Assembly: GCF_964355755.1 (NCBI RefSeq)
Contig: NC_092670.1
Span: forward strand, 38,614,388 to 38,678,387
Length of the DNA stretch: 64,000 nt
Direction of reading: 5' to 3'
Origin: Antedon mediterranea
Lineage: Eukaryota; Animalia; Echinodermata
The position numbers and the translations under genes are program-made. Positions 24,560 to 49,700 of this stretch are shown one piece after another; position 1 is the first letter of the stretch, and every line of letters begins with the position of its first letter. Below the pieces are notes generated by a model. That model was not told the origin of the DNA. It saw only the letters and a program-made list of their open reading frames with translations, and did not search any database.

Positions 24560-26230
24560 ATATGTAAAACGGTCGAAATTTTGCGATTTTTGTAAACAAA
24601 TTATGTGGTAAAATGCCCGAAATATCGATTATAATATATATTATAGGTCGACATTATGACATGGATAACCAATAAAAAATAAAGGGTCAAAATTTGTCCA
24701 TTTTTCGAATATTTCCTGTATATGTATATATTGTTTTATCATCATCTTATAGAGTCATAGTAGCCAAAAATTTGGGAGATTTTTCGAAAAATGGCCAAAA
24801 TATTACCTTTTTAAAATTCAATTATTATGCGATAATATGGCTTTATATTGCTTTATATCATCTTATAGAGCCATAGTAACTAGTTTTGTCTAAAAATAAA
24901 AGGGTCGAAAATTGGCCATTTTTTGGAAAAATCCCTGTACTAATAGTACAGGGAAATTTTCGAAAAATGGCCTTTTATTTTTTGACATAAATGGTTACTA
25001 TTGCATAATAAACATGCGCAGAGACGAATAATGGGTTCTGCGCATGTCAATTGTGCTATAGTAACCAGTTTTGACCTAAATGGTTACTATAGCATAATAA
25101 ACATGCGCAGAGGCGAATAATGGGTTCTGCGCATGTCAATTGTGCTATAGTAACCAGTTTTAACATAAATGGTTACTATAGCATAATAAACATGCGCAGA
25201 GACGAATAATGGGTTCTGCGCATGTCAATTGTGCTATAGTAACCAGTTTTGACATAAATGGTTACTATTGCATAATAAACATGCGCAGAGACAAATAATG
25301 GGTTCTGCGCATGTCAATTGTGCTATAGTAACCAGTTTTGACCTAAATGGTTACTATAGCATAATAAACATGCGCAGAGGCGAATAATGGGTTCTGCGCA
25401 TGTCAATTGTGCTATAGTAACCAGTTTTGACATAAATGGTTACTATAGCATAATAAACATGCGCAGAGACGAATAATGGGTTCTGCGCATTTCAATTGTG
25501 CTATAGTAACCAGTTTTGACATAAATGGTTACTATAGCATATTAAACATGCGCAGAGGCGAATAATGGGTTCTGCGCATGTCAAATGTGTTATAGTAACC
25601 AGTTTTATCGAAAAATAAAAAGGTCGAAAATTGGCCATTTTTTTTAAAATGGCCGATTTTCGACCCTTTTATACTATTGCTTAATAAACATGCGCAGAGA
25701 CGAATAATGGGTTCTGCGCATGTCAATTGGCTATAGTAACCAGTTTTGACATAAATGGTTACTATAGCATAATAAACATGCGCAGAGGCGAATAATGGGT
25801 TTTGCACATGTCAAATGTGTTATAGTAACCAGTTTTATCGAAAAATAAAAAAGGTCGAAAATTTGCCATTTTTAGAAAAATCTCTGTACAGGGAAATTTT
25901 TGAGAAATGGCTGATTTTTTACCCATACATAAATGGTTACTATAGCATAATAAACATGCGCAGAGGCGCATAATGGGTTCTGCGCATGTCAATTGTGCTA
26001 TAGTAACCAGTTTTATTGAAAAATAAAAAGGTCGAAAATTTGCCATTTTTGGAAAAATCTCTTTACTATAGTACAGGAAAATTTTCGAAAAATGGCCGAT
26101 TTTCGACCCTTTTATTTTTTGACATAAATGGTTACTATTGCATAATAAACATGCACAGAGTCGAATAATGGATTCTGCGCATGTCAATTGTGCTATCATA
26201 ACCATATTTGACATAAATGGTTACTATACC

Positions 26231-26262
<32 letters not shown>

Positions 26263-27015
26263 ATATCATCTTTTTAAAATTCAATTATTATGCAATAAAA
26301 TGGCTATATATTGCTTAGTATCATCTTATAGAGCCATAGTAACTAGTTTTGTCGAAAAATAAAAGGGTCTAAATTTTGCCCTTTTTGGAAAAAATCCCTG
26401 TACTATAGTACAGGGATTTTTTCGAAAAATTCCTAAAATATCATCTTTTTAAAATTCAATTATTATGCTATAAAATGGTTATATATTGCTTTGTATCATC
26501 TTATAGAGCCATAGTAACTAGTTTTGTCGAAAAATAAAAGGGTCGAAATTTTGCCATTTTTTGAAAAAAAATCCCTGTACTATAGTACAGGGATTTTTTC
26601 GAAAAATTCCTAAAATATCATCTTTTTAAAATTCAATTATTATGCGATAAAAATGGCTATATATTGCTTTGCATCATCGTATAGAGCCATAGTAACTAGT
26701 TTTCTCGAAAAATAAAAGGGTCAAAATTTGGTTATTTTTAGAAAAAATCTCTATACAGGAATTTTTTTTAAATAAAGCCCAAAATATCACCTTTTTAAAA
26801 ATCAATCATTATGCTATATATTGCTTTGTATCATCTTATAGAGCCATAGTAACTAGTTTTGTTGAAAAATAAAAGGGTCGAAATTTTTTATAGTACAGGG
26901 ATTTTTTCGAAAAATTCCTAAAATATCATCTTTTTAAAATTCAATTATTATGCAATAAAATGGCTATATATTGCTAGTTATGTCAAAAAATAAAAGGGTC
27001 GAAATGTTGCTATTT
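24560..27015. repeat. Composite satellite: ~11 copies of an 89-bp hairpin unit nested between ~175-bp units
   Basis: 89-bp period from 24993 to 25600, with further copies to ~26205. The ~175-bp units carry the palindrome TCCCTGTACTATAGTACAGGGA and lie at ~24700-24970 and 26270-27010. Confidence 0.92.
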
Positions 27016-27429
27016 GAAATAGAAATCCGTATACTGCAGAGTCTCCTGACGTGACAACAGTATTTCCAACACTATACATTGCATACCTTTCATATACATC
27101 ATGCCAACAAAACTTGCTTAGTATTTTTTTTTTAATACGCAAAATATGTGATGATATTGAAATATATTTCATGATCCTATTTTTCAAATTAATGTGAGCT
27201 TTACATATAGGTTGTTCTACAACTACATCAAATTGTGGAACAAAAGAAAAGCTTTGAATTAATCAAACTAGTTTGACAAAAAAAGTGTGATGTACCTAAA
27301 TACGGTAGTGATATTCCCAAATATGGTAGTGCTATGACATCATCATGTCTATATATGGGCAAATTACATTAAGTTTGATAGTATAGACAGAGCTTTATAG
27401 TTGGATTTAATGCATGTTGCTTTTTCCAA

Positions 27430-39369
<11,940 letters not shown>

Positions 39370-39440
39370 GTTGACGTTATTGTTCAAAATATACGCCCTC
39401 AACGTTTTGTGTAATGTTTGTGTTTATGTTTTTTTGGAAA
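39370..39440. promoter_or_regulatory. Ultra-short bidirectional promoter interval between PRPF6 and the HNH-like gene
   Basis: PRPF6 ATG at 39369 (-). The neighbour's ATG is at 39414 or 39441 (+). Confidence 0.7.
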
Positions 39441-41468
39441 ATGAGGGGAATTCAAGATGTTTATTCAGCGACAAAAAAGGTCGTTGATTTATGGTCGTAC
39501 GACAGCAAAACAGTTTTATATTCATCATCTATCGGTGCGCTTGTTTTTCCTGTAAGTCTGGGTTTAATTCAACACTTTGTTTTCAGGACAATTTCAATAG
39601 CAAATGGACATTTACTTGCCCCTGTTCTAGGCCTAGCTGCTGTGGGACTATCGGGATGCGCTTCGGCCATCGCCGTGACTGAGGCTTCTTACCGGCTTCG
39701 GGTAAAACAGAATTACTATTATTGGCGAGGTACGTGAATTTGAATCGATCCATTTAAAAAAAATGTTTTTTACATCAAAATAAAATGTTGTTGGAGAGCA
39801 AGATAGCATTTTATTTAGGCCTATTTTCTATGATTTATTTAATATTATTAATAGTTAATGAATATGTTATGCGCGATTTGAACGATTTGCGCAATTTGAA
39901 ATTGCGCAAAAAAAATCCTTGCGCAATTTGAATTGAAACATGTGTTTCAAATTGCGCAAGCAACGTATTAAATTGCGCAAGTAATCTGCAAATTGCGCAA
40001 GGTTTTTCGACAGATTGTGAAATCATGCACACCCATATTTATATAGTAATTTCTAAGAATGATTCAAAATTAAAGATAAATATCGCATTTCCTTATTTTA
40101 GTAGTGCAAATATTGTTATAAGTTAGCATACCGTCGAAGAACCGACGAAGGAAAACGAAGCGGTGGTGTTCCACCAGGCGGGCGCGGCGCGGGCGGTCGG
40201 CTATACTACTCTAGCCTAGCTAGGGTCTGGACTACTGATACTGACTAGGTTACATGGCCTAGCTTATTAAACTAATATTAAAAACTTAAAAAGTGAGTAT
40301 TAAACATTATCTTCATTGAAATGGTCTTATTTATATAATAAAATACTAAATTTTAAACTCCTCTGCCTAGGCCTAGCCATGTATGGGAAAATTTACAGTT
40401 CGTTTTCAAATTGCGCAAAGGTGTCATATTGCGCAAGAACTATCTTGCGCAATTTACAAATTGTGCAGCGCAATTTAAAATTGCGCAAAGATTTTCTTGC
40501 GCAATTTGAAATTGCGCAAGTTGATTGCGCAATTTGAAATTGCGCAAAAAAATCCTTGCGCAATTTTAAATTGCGCAAGAATTTTTTGCGCAATTTCAAA
40601 TTGCGCAAGGATTTTTTTGCGCAATTTTAAATTGCGCAAATCGTTCAAATCGCGCATAACAAATATAAAAATAGGCCTAATATTTAATAACAAAAAAATT
40701 CTTCTCAAATCTCATCAGATGAACCTGCCATCTTCAAGTTGCCCAAACCATACAGCCTTGATGACAAAGACTTGAAATTGTTGGCTGCGTACTTTATGGG
40801 AACAGTTATTGTATTCAAAGTTTTTAGAGGGCGTTTTGCATCTGTTCTTCCGAGTACTGTGAAATCTCCAGGTAGGCACACAAACATTTTAAAAACTTTA
40901 AAATCTATGATTAAAACCATTTATTTAAAATCTATAAATTAAAATTTACTATTTTTAATTTCAGGTGCTTTTGCAAATGAAGGAATTATTGGTTCCCATC
41001 GGTACGCTCACAAAAGTCAAAGACAAAAGATTGTGCAAATAGGCCAGAAATTTGGCTGCCACACATGTGGAAGAAAATGGTTTATAAAATCATTTATTGC
41101 TGATCACCAACCCCCACTATCAGTAAGTGCACATACTGTAGGCCGATGTGTGGAGGAAGGGGATTGAGGATATAGTAAAAGTTAAAAAGTAAATAAATTA
41201 ATCATCATAATAATGTTATATTCTTTTATAGTTGTCACGCAACAATAAGACAAAGAAGTACTTACTTGGGTTGTTGCAGTACCCAAAGGTTCAACAAAAA
41301 CTGTATCCACAATGTGTACGATGTAGTCTGAAGCAGCAGAAACATCTACAGTCTCCAGGCAACTATAGTGAGGTCGTAAGTCACGCTTCATCGCTTCGGA
41401 TCTACCACCTATTTCTACCTCTACCTTACATATGGGCTTTTCTTCAAGATGTTCTAAATCACTTGTAA
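39441..41468 (+). CDS. Uncharacterised ~278-aa protein: N-terminal hydrophobic helices plus a C-terminal Zn-binding HNH-like domain
   Basis: Four GT-AG exons (39441 or 39414-39729, 40719-40871, 40965-41122, 41232-41468) join in frame, 837 nt from 39441. Hydrophobic segments SSSIGALVFPVSLGLIQ, LLAPVLGLAAVGLSGCASAIAV and LLAAYFMGTVIVF. Then PGAFANEGI..YAHKSQRQKIVQIGQKFGCHTCG..FIADHQPP..QKLYPQCVRCSLKQ. Confidence 0.85.
39865..40661. mobile_element. Ginger-like non-autonomous element with long TIRs and TTGCGCAA subterminal repeats
   Basis: TGTTATGCGCGATTTGAACGATTTGCGCAA..TTGCGCAAATCGTTCAAATCGCGCATAACA, inverted over >60 bp. 4-bp TSD AATA. TGT..ACA ends with a 4-bp TSD fit Ginger (inference). Confidence 0.8.
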
Positions 41469-42639
41469 TAATGGTGTTTGCTGATTTGTAAATATTGTTT
41501 GATATGAATCTGAGCAGTAGATGTGAAATGTATGCATTGAAGTAATATATGTCTACACTAGTTTGACAAAAAAAAAGTGATGTGCCCAAATATGGTAGTG
41601 ATATGACATCATCATGTCCATATATGGGCACATTACATAAGTTTGATAGTGTATAGACAGAGCCTTATACCTCTTGCTCCTGCTTTCGTTCACCCTAAAT
41701 AAGCTTAGAAACTTAATTTTAAAAAGTAATGGGACCATATTAATTAAAGTGCCTAGCCATGGGAGGCTAGCATTTTATTAAACATACTTTCACCTTCTAT
41801 CAAAGTTTAAAAAACACATCTTTTTAGTTCTAATTCAATCGGTTATCTCTCCCATTTCAATTTTTTGAACATTGGGATAATCTGCTGATTTTTAAAAGCG
41901 CTATTTATATTTATCAACAACAAAATCTCTATAGATAGAGTATACCATACTAGTAGGTAGTGATTTTATAGTTTTTAATTTCTAATTATGTGCAAAGGAA
42001 TATGTATTATATTTTTTAGAAATAATATAAACACTTTGTGGTGTTCAATAATGTTTTGCAATTTATATATTTCAATAATTTTAATACCTGTATAATACAG
42101 AGTACTATATGAGTAAGTAACAATAAAGCTATATTCTGTATTGGACTATTTGCTGTTAATAAAAATGTGTTTTGTTTATTTTTACTTAATTTCCATAAAC
42201 AAACATCAAACAAGTCCACCAACATAGTGGAAAATAAAACAAGATTCAATCGAAATGAGGAAAGCTCAACTGGAATACAAATATTAATAAGATACAAAAA
42301 CACTAACCATGTTCATAATTAATCTTTATTTCAATGTAAATCATCTTCAAGTTCAATTAGTCTAAATTTCATCAAAATATATCAAAATATAACATGATTT
42401 CTGCTTGTCATAATTTATTTACTGCATAATTTAGTTCCAACAAAGTGTATTTTGATTTAAATAGTCAAACAACAATACGATACATGATGTCCAATTTGAG
42501 GTAGTTATATCAACTTAGTCAATTGCAAGATAAGTACAATTATACAACAACTTATATAAGTTTAAACTGTCCAGAAATAATAAATAAATATATGTCATTC
42601 CAGTTCTGTCATTTTAAATGCTAAAATAATGATATAATT

Positions 42640-43583
42640 AATATACATGGAATAACAAAGAATCAATGCTGTGATTGTAATATAACAACCATCCAAGAAT
42701 GTTAACTTCCAGGCTTAGATAGTTTAGCCTTTCATGGGTTCAATAAAGTGGGACAAGAAGGCATTCTTGGTCAGCTAAAGAGTAACTGGGTCAGCTGAAG
42801 AGTAACTGGGTCAGCTAAAATAATTGTATATTTAATATGTAACATAGAATAACAAAGAATCCATGCTGTGATTGTATATAACAACCATCCAAGAATGTTA
42901 ACTTCCAGGCTTAAATAGTTTAGCCTTTCATGGGTTCAATACACTGGGGCAAGAAGACATTCTTGGTCAGCTAAAGAGTAACTGGGTCAGCTAAAGAGTA
43001 TCTGGGTAAGCTAAAGAGTATCTGGGTAAGCTAAATAGTATCTCTGGGTAAGCTAAATAGTATCTGGGTAAGCTAAAGAGTATCTGGGTAAGCTAAAGAG
43101 TATCTGGGTAAGCTAAAGAGTATCTGGGTAAGCTAAAGAGTATCTGGGTAAGCTAAAGAGTATCTGGGTAAGCTAAATAGTATCTCTGGGTAAGCTAAAT
43201 AGTATCTCTGGGTAAGCTAAACAGTATCTGGGTAAGCTAAAGAGTATCTGGGTAAGCTAAAGAGTATCTCTGGGTAAGCTAAATAGTATCTCTGGGTAAG
43301 CTAAATAGTATCTGGGTAAGCTAAATAGTATCTCTGGGTAAGCTAAATAGTATCTGGGTAAGCTAAATAGTATCTGGGTAAAGCTAAAGAGTATCTGGGT
43401 TTAGCTAAATAGTATCTGGGTAAGCTAAATAGTATCTGGGTAAGCTAAAGAGTAACTAGGTCAGCTAAATAGTATCTGGGTAAGCTAAAGAGTATCTGGG
43501 TAAGCTAAAGAGTATCTGGGTAAGCTAAAAAGTATCTGGGTAAGCTAAAGAGTATCTGGGTAAGCTAAAGAGTAACTAGGTCA
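42640..43583. repeat. ~195-bp duplication followed by an expanded 20/22-bp minisatellite (GCTAAAGAGTATCTGGGTAA)n, ~30 copies
   Basis: 42645-42820 is repeated at 42842-43000, and the 20-mer that ends each copy is amplified out to 43583. Confidence 0.95.
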
Positions 43584-43724
43584 AAGAAATATATATACAA
43601 TATCCTGAGTATGTGCTGGAGAAATGTGTCATGGTTGGTCCAATTTAAATGTAAATGAGGTCAAACTTGTGCTATGACGTATTTATGTATGTAAATGAGG
43701 TCAAGAAAGAAGAGTAAGGGTTGG

Positions 43725-46700
43725 CTAGTCATCAAGTGTAAAGGTTGTAAACTCAATATTTCGTAACAATGTCTTATTACGTTCAAAAAGACAAGCAAAC
43801 GTTTGCTCACCATCTTCAACGAATGCTGCCAAATCCGAGTAAGCAGAACCAAGAGTTTCGAGGACTTTGATTGGAGGGTCAGACCAAGTCTGGCATTTGT
43901 CCTTACTTAAACGCACGGAAAGGTTCCTTCTCAATAGTCTGCAATCTGGATTACTAAACAGTGCCCAGCGTAAGTCTTTCATTTCAGGGTCTTCAGGAAG
44001 CTTCGAATCGGTTGCTTTAAAACCAATAGTGCTCCCCTACAAATAATACATACATTTTTTTAAAACTAGGCCCTATGTAACTTGGGAAACTAAGCAGTAG
44101 TCAGGGCCGTAGCCACCAGTACGGTTGGTAAGGTTTCAACCTGACCACTTTTTCACAGAGGCCTTTGACAACCCAGTGGCTTAAACACTTTTTTTGCGAA
44201 AACCGGACCACTTTATTTCTCGTGGCTACATCACTGGTAGTGACCAAATCAAATAATACAGACTTTTTGAGAATGGAAATATCAGCTCACGGCTGTGCAG
44301 GGTGCAAGGTAGACTTGCCGCAAGACTCCAAAAATGGGATCACTCGATACATTTTTATTTTATTTAGCCCCAGCTAGTTGCAATCAGGCACAGAATCTGT
44401 GTGTTTAATGCATTTTACTAGACAAAGTATAGTAGTAAGTGGAGTCCTGAAATGAGTGAAAAAAAAAACTAACCTGGCAACCATTTTTTGGTTCAATTAA
44501 TGTTTGCATCACCTGCGAGTCACTAAATGTTTTACATGCATCAGAGCTATAGCATTGGAAACGTGGATAGGTGCCTCCAGTCCTACAATTTATCACAACA
44601 TTGTCTGATCCCATGTCAACTGGCTACAAATAATAACAAATTATTTGTATAAATAATTACAGTTTTTAACTAAAGCTCTGTCTACACTATCAAACTAGTT
44701 TGACAAAAAAAGTGTGATGTGCCTAAATATGGTAGTGATATGCCCAAAGATGGAAGTGATATGATATGACATCATCATGTCCATATATGGGCACATCACA
44801 TAAAGTTTGATAGTGTAGACAGACCTTTACGCATCAATAAAAAAAAATGTATTAATAATGGGGCAAAGGAAAAATATATGAACATCTTTAGAAATCTAAT
44901 TCGTGATAAGTAATTTAAATTTTAATTGAAAAAAAGAAATAAGTATTTCAAATATGTAGGACTTTCTCGTAAACAATAAATGACATAACTTTGTACAATA
45001 ATCATTGAAAATTAATTATATCTTTGGTACCTGACATTCGCCTCCTGAGATTTTCTTTCCATCAATTTCAGGCAACGGAATTAAACCTCCCATATGCCAT
45101 GTTTCTCCATTATTTTCACTTATGATAACAAATGGTTTACTCTCTGTAAATTAAATTTTGAATTTACAAAGTAATTAATATAAGCAACAAGATAAAATTA
45201 GGGATTGAGTATTAAGGGCTTACAGTACAAATGCCAGGGCTGTGGCCAGCATGAGGCAGATGAGCGCTCGCCTCATGAGAATTTCCAATTTTCACTACCC
45301 ACCACAATTCCCCATCAGAGATCGTCATTTGTATATTAATAATTACTAATAGTAATTTAACAGTCAGGGAGAAAATGGCAAAAGGCTTCCTACTTTCTAG
45401 GATTTTATCAGATAATCTGTATTGTTTTGACAACTCTTGTAACAGACCACAGTGCTGATTTTGCCATTTTCCCCCTAACTATTGAACCATTTGTGCCTTG
45501 CTGTTTTTAACCTCTCGCTACGGCCTTGTCGCATACTGGACAATGTACTGTAAATTACAATGAAGGTATTTGTAATACTGTACATATAATATGCCATTTG
45601 GAAATACAGTACACACAGAAAGAAGTCAATTTTGGGGTCAACTGTATAGGCGAATGACATTCTATTTTTAGCACACCACTGTAACTTACTTGTATTTTTG
45701 GATTTTGGCCATCCAACATTTCCAGAAACAATTAACTTTCCTGAATCTAGCTTGATAGCATGGCCAGGTCCTGTATAACAATATAATAGCGTAATAATCA
45801 ACTACCATTTTGTGCAAATGAGTGTAATGCAGAAAACTTTATAAAATACTTTGGATAATAAAGTTATTGTAGAAGAGTATAGATATAACAGTGAGTCATA
45901 CGTACCTGTAACGGTGACATAAAAGATACAAGGATCTCACTATTGTCTGTAATGTTTTTAATGGTATTTTTATATGGTTTTCGTTAATGCTTAATATTGT
46001 AATGTTTTTCTTTGTGTGTGCTGCCCATAATGTTTTACATTTTTAGTATGTACACACAATGCTTTCAGCTTTTGCTGCTTTTTGTATTATATTTTAATAT
46101 ATTAAATAAATAAATAATTAATTATGTAGTTAACTTCTATCTGCCAAATTAGCTGGTATTGTAGATTTAATTTTAACAGGAGACTTAAGCACGGTCAAAC
46201 CATAGACAACATTTTTAATCAATTCCAATTTAAACAAATACTGGACATCAGCATCTAAAGTATTGTACTGTAAATGTAAACAAAGGTAAGGCGTGACATT
46301 GTATAAAATATGTCCTCAACATTTTTGCATTTAGTTAACCAAAAGGGCGTGGTCGAAGTAACAGGCCAAATTCTGCGATTATTAGGATACTATTATCAAC
46401 TCAACTGTTTGTTTTTATCTTGACAAAACACAACTTTATTTACATTCTAACAGATTGCCACGATTGACAATTGTTTTACTGGATTGAAAATAAAAAATAA
46501 ACGTACCAACAGCGCAATAAGATGGTACCCCACTTTTGAAATTAGAAAAGATCTTGTCAACTGGCAGTTCACGGGAAGGTTCCCACGTCTCTCCACCATC
46601 ATGACTCTGTGTGATCAATAAATTCCATACGCGGGTGTCACTATTTCTTACGTCACTTTGCGGCATGTTCTCCGGGTAAGTGTTGAACAGTAAGATGACG

Positions 46701-49700
46701 TTAGTTTCATTGATAACAATAGGAACGGGATTCATTGGCCTTTAAAAACAGAAAGAAAAAAGAGATATAGGAACATTTCAGAGCGTGCTTCCATTTGAAA
46801 ACGAATATCACAGGGGTTAACAATTCATCCGTTCGTTTATTCAATATTCAATAAATATTCTCCACACATGTATTAAAAATACATAAAATAATAATTATAT
46901 AATTTACATGTATAGTTGGGGAGCCAGAAAGGGTTCACCTGCACCCTCTAGCAAACTATGTTAACAATGTTTTTTTGCTTCCTTATATCAATACAAATCA
47001 ATTTTTTGCTGTCGCCCGAAAAAAAATTGGGATGCTTGGTCAAACTTTATTTTTGACCATTGGTTAAGAAAATAGCCATATCAATATCTCAGCAACCACT
47101 AGTCAGAAAGTTATAATTTTAGTCTAAAATTACTCGCAAAATATATATTTATATTTGCTCTAATACAACAGAAATACACAAAATGTTTAAAAACACCTTA
47201 TTTTGACATTTAACCTATAGCTGGTACAAACATTTTTGCGTGGAGCACAATTACCATTTTTAATAACAACTGAATGTTGTCTTTGTTTAATATCAAAATT
47301 CTGTACACTCCTATTGATATCACTCTAATGAACAAGTGCCAAAAGACATATCATGACCACTGATCAGGAAAATAACCATAGAAATATTTAGCAACCAGGT
47401 CAAAAAGTGATAATTTTGGTCTCAAAATACTAGGAATAAATATGTTTAAAAACGAAATAACAAGTTATGAAAAAGTGGAGCCTTTCTTTTCAGGTATCAC
47501 ATGATAAATTGCAACGCGTTGTCCATGATACACTATACGGTAGGCTACTCAGTCCGGCTACTCCTCCTTTTATAGATTAGAAGGGTTGAATTTGGAAGTC
47601 TTTGGTAACAAATGAGTATTACATTTCAAATAAACTGGCACTGTGGATGATGGTTTTCAGTGGAAGAGGTGGCAATTAGGAAGGAATTCTCAACCTCAGT
47701 CCCCCATCGTATTGGGATTGAGTAAGGATATTTTAAAAATAGTTGACCAGAAATTAAGTTATGTAAAAATCGTATCAAAGTTCTAGCTTGGAGTCAATTC
47801 TATAAAACCTTAAAAAGATATTTTAATCTGAAATATACACATGGGTCAGGCCAATTTCAATGGTAGGGCAGTTAAGTGAAGGGGTCTTCTGCACTACCTC
47901 ATTCCCATCATAGTTGGTGCTGAGGTAAGGTATGGAATACAATCATATCAAACTTCTCAATTCTTAACACTAATGTTGTTGTTTGTACTGTATACTTTTA
48001 ATTTATAAATAGGAAAAGTCTCCACACACATAGACTGCCAAAATCATTATGCTATATAATACCAAATTTAAACTCTTGCAATATTTCACTTTAAAACTAT
48101 ACCCAGTTTCTTTCTTGTTGCTTGTGTTTACAATTATGAAAATCTGAAGACAAATCAAAGTAAACTGTTGTAAACAAGTATGACTATGTTATAATAATCC
48201 TAAAGGACATTATTGTTATTTACTCATCCTCCTTTTTGTTGGATTTACTAATAATTTAAGAAGCAAATAAATGAATGAACATTGCATAGTAACCATCATA
48301 CTACAGTGCGCATGTGAGTTTAATTAAAACTAGTATCCTAAATATAGGTTTTACTATGCAACTAATTTACATATTTTTGTTTATTTGTATTAAAAATATT
48401 CAATATAACTAAGTATGTTGCATCAAACAGCTTATTGTAATGGAGGGAAACATTGAAACATCTGAACAAAACAAACCTAAGTTCTTTAGAATTAAATTAT
48501 TAATTTTTAGTTTTTATTAAAATCACATATACTGAGTAGTATGATGTTTACTGTGCAATATCATAATAAACAATAACATAGTAAGCTTCTTAATTAGTAT
48601 TAGTTATAAATTAATAATAATTATTTATAAGTTAGTGATTCCAAATGTTTGTGCCAGCTATAGGTTAAATGTCAAAATAAGGTGTTTTTGAACATTTTGT
48701 GTATTTCTGTTGTAGCAAAAATGTATATTTACGTCAGATATTGTATTGTGAATTTTCATCTCCATTATTTTAATTTAAGAATTGTGTTTTCTCCACTCTA
48801 AGCTACTAATAATTTAAGAACACCGTATTTTAACACTTCGGTGTCAATCAAGGACTTACGAAAGTTGGTAAAGCTCTCAAAAAACTCTGTAAAAGCAGCA
48901 GCTGATATAAACTACTTAAAAAATGTTTGCCATGTTTCCAAAATGTATAAAATGACTTAAAATAAAAATAAAAAACCTTTTTCCAGTTTCTGTTGCAGGA
49001 TATATGGATGTCTCAGGACTCCAGTTGACATTGTCACCTTTGAAGAGCCTTCGTTTAACTACCATTTTCATTGGTCCATAGTCTTTTGATCCAGTTAGAC
49101 GCTTTTCAGAAAACGCCAAGAAATGGTCTTCCTGGAACACCAGAGCTGGAATGCTAATTGGGAAAAATCCACAAGAAATTAACATAATTGTAAAAAAGGT
49201 TTGAAAGCCTTTAAACCACAAACAATTTAAGACCAAGCATTATAGTATTCATGAAACACCGGATTGGGAGAAATTAACAAGAAAGTAACAAAATTGTGAA
49301 TAAATAAAGTTTTAAACCTTTAGACCACAAACAATTTGAAACCAAGCATTATAGTATGGGACTGTATTCGATGTTTTAAAATATATCAAGGACAAAAGTA
49401 AATGAACAAAAAACGAATTATGGCAAAATCATTCTACTGCAGTTTTCCCTTTTCAAAGTTAGTGATGATTATCCAAAATATGCTATACGTCCAGGTAATT
49501 ACTGCAGTTACTGCAGTAGAATAATTTTTACATGATAATTATGTCACGAACTCCTCTCACGTATGTTTCCGAGCGGTTGAAAATACTTTAGGAACTCCCT
49601 TGTGACATAAAAGTATACACACAAAATCCACAAAGTTGTAAAATAACTCAAAAACAAAGCTTTAATTTCAATCAACTTCAACTTTCAACAATCCAGTAAG

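Noticed and set aside
24990-25600. CRISPR-like appearance of regularly spaced palindromic repeats (also 22310-22707 and 52767-62816)
   Set aside because: The sequence between palindromes is repeated rather than unique spacers, there are no cas genes, and the context is eukaryotic.
40316-40775. ORFs with LRNLKLRK / AQFEIAQ repeats
   Set aside because: They come from the TTGCGCAA subterminal repeats of the intronic MITE.
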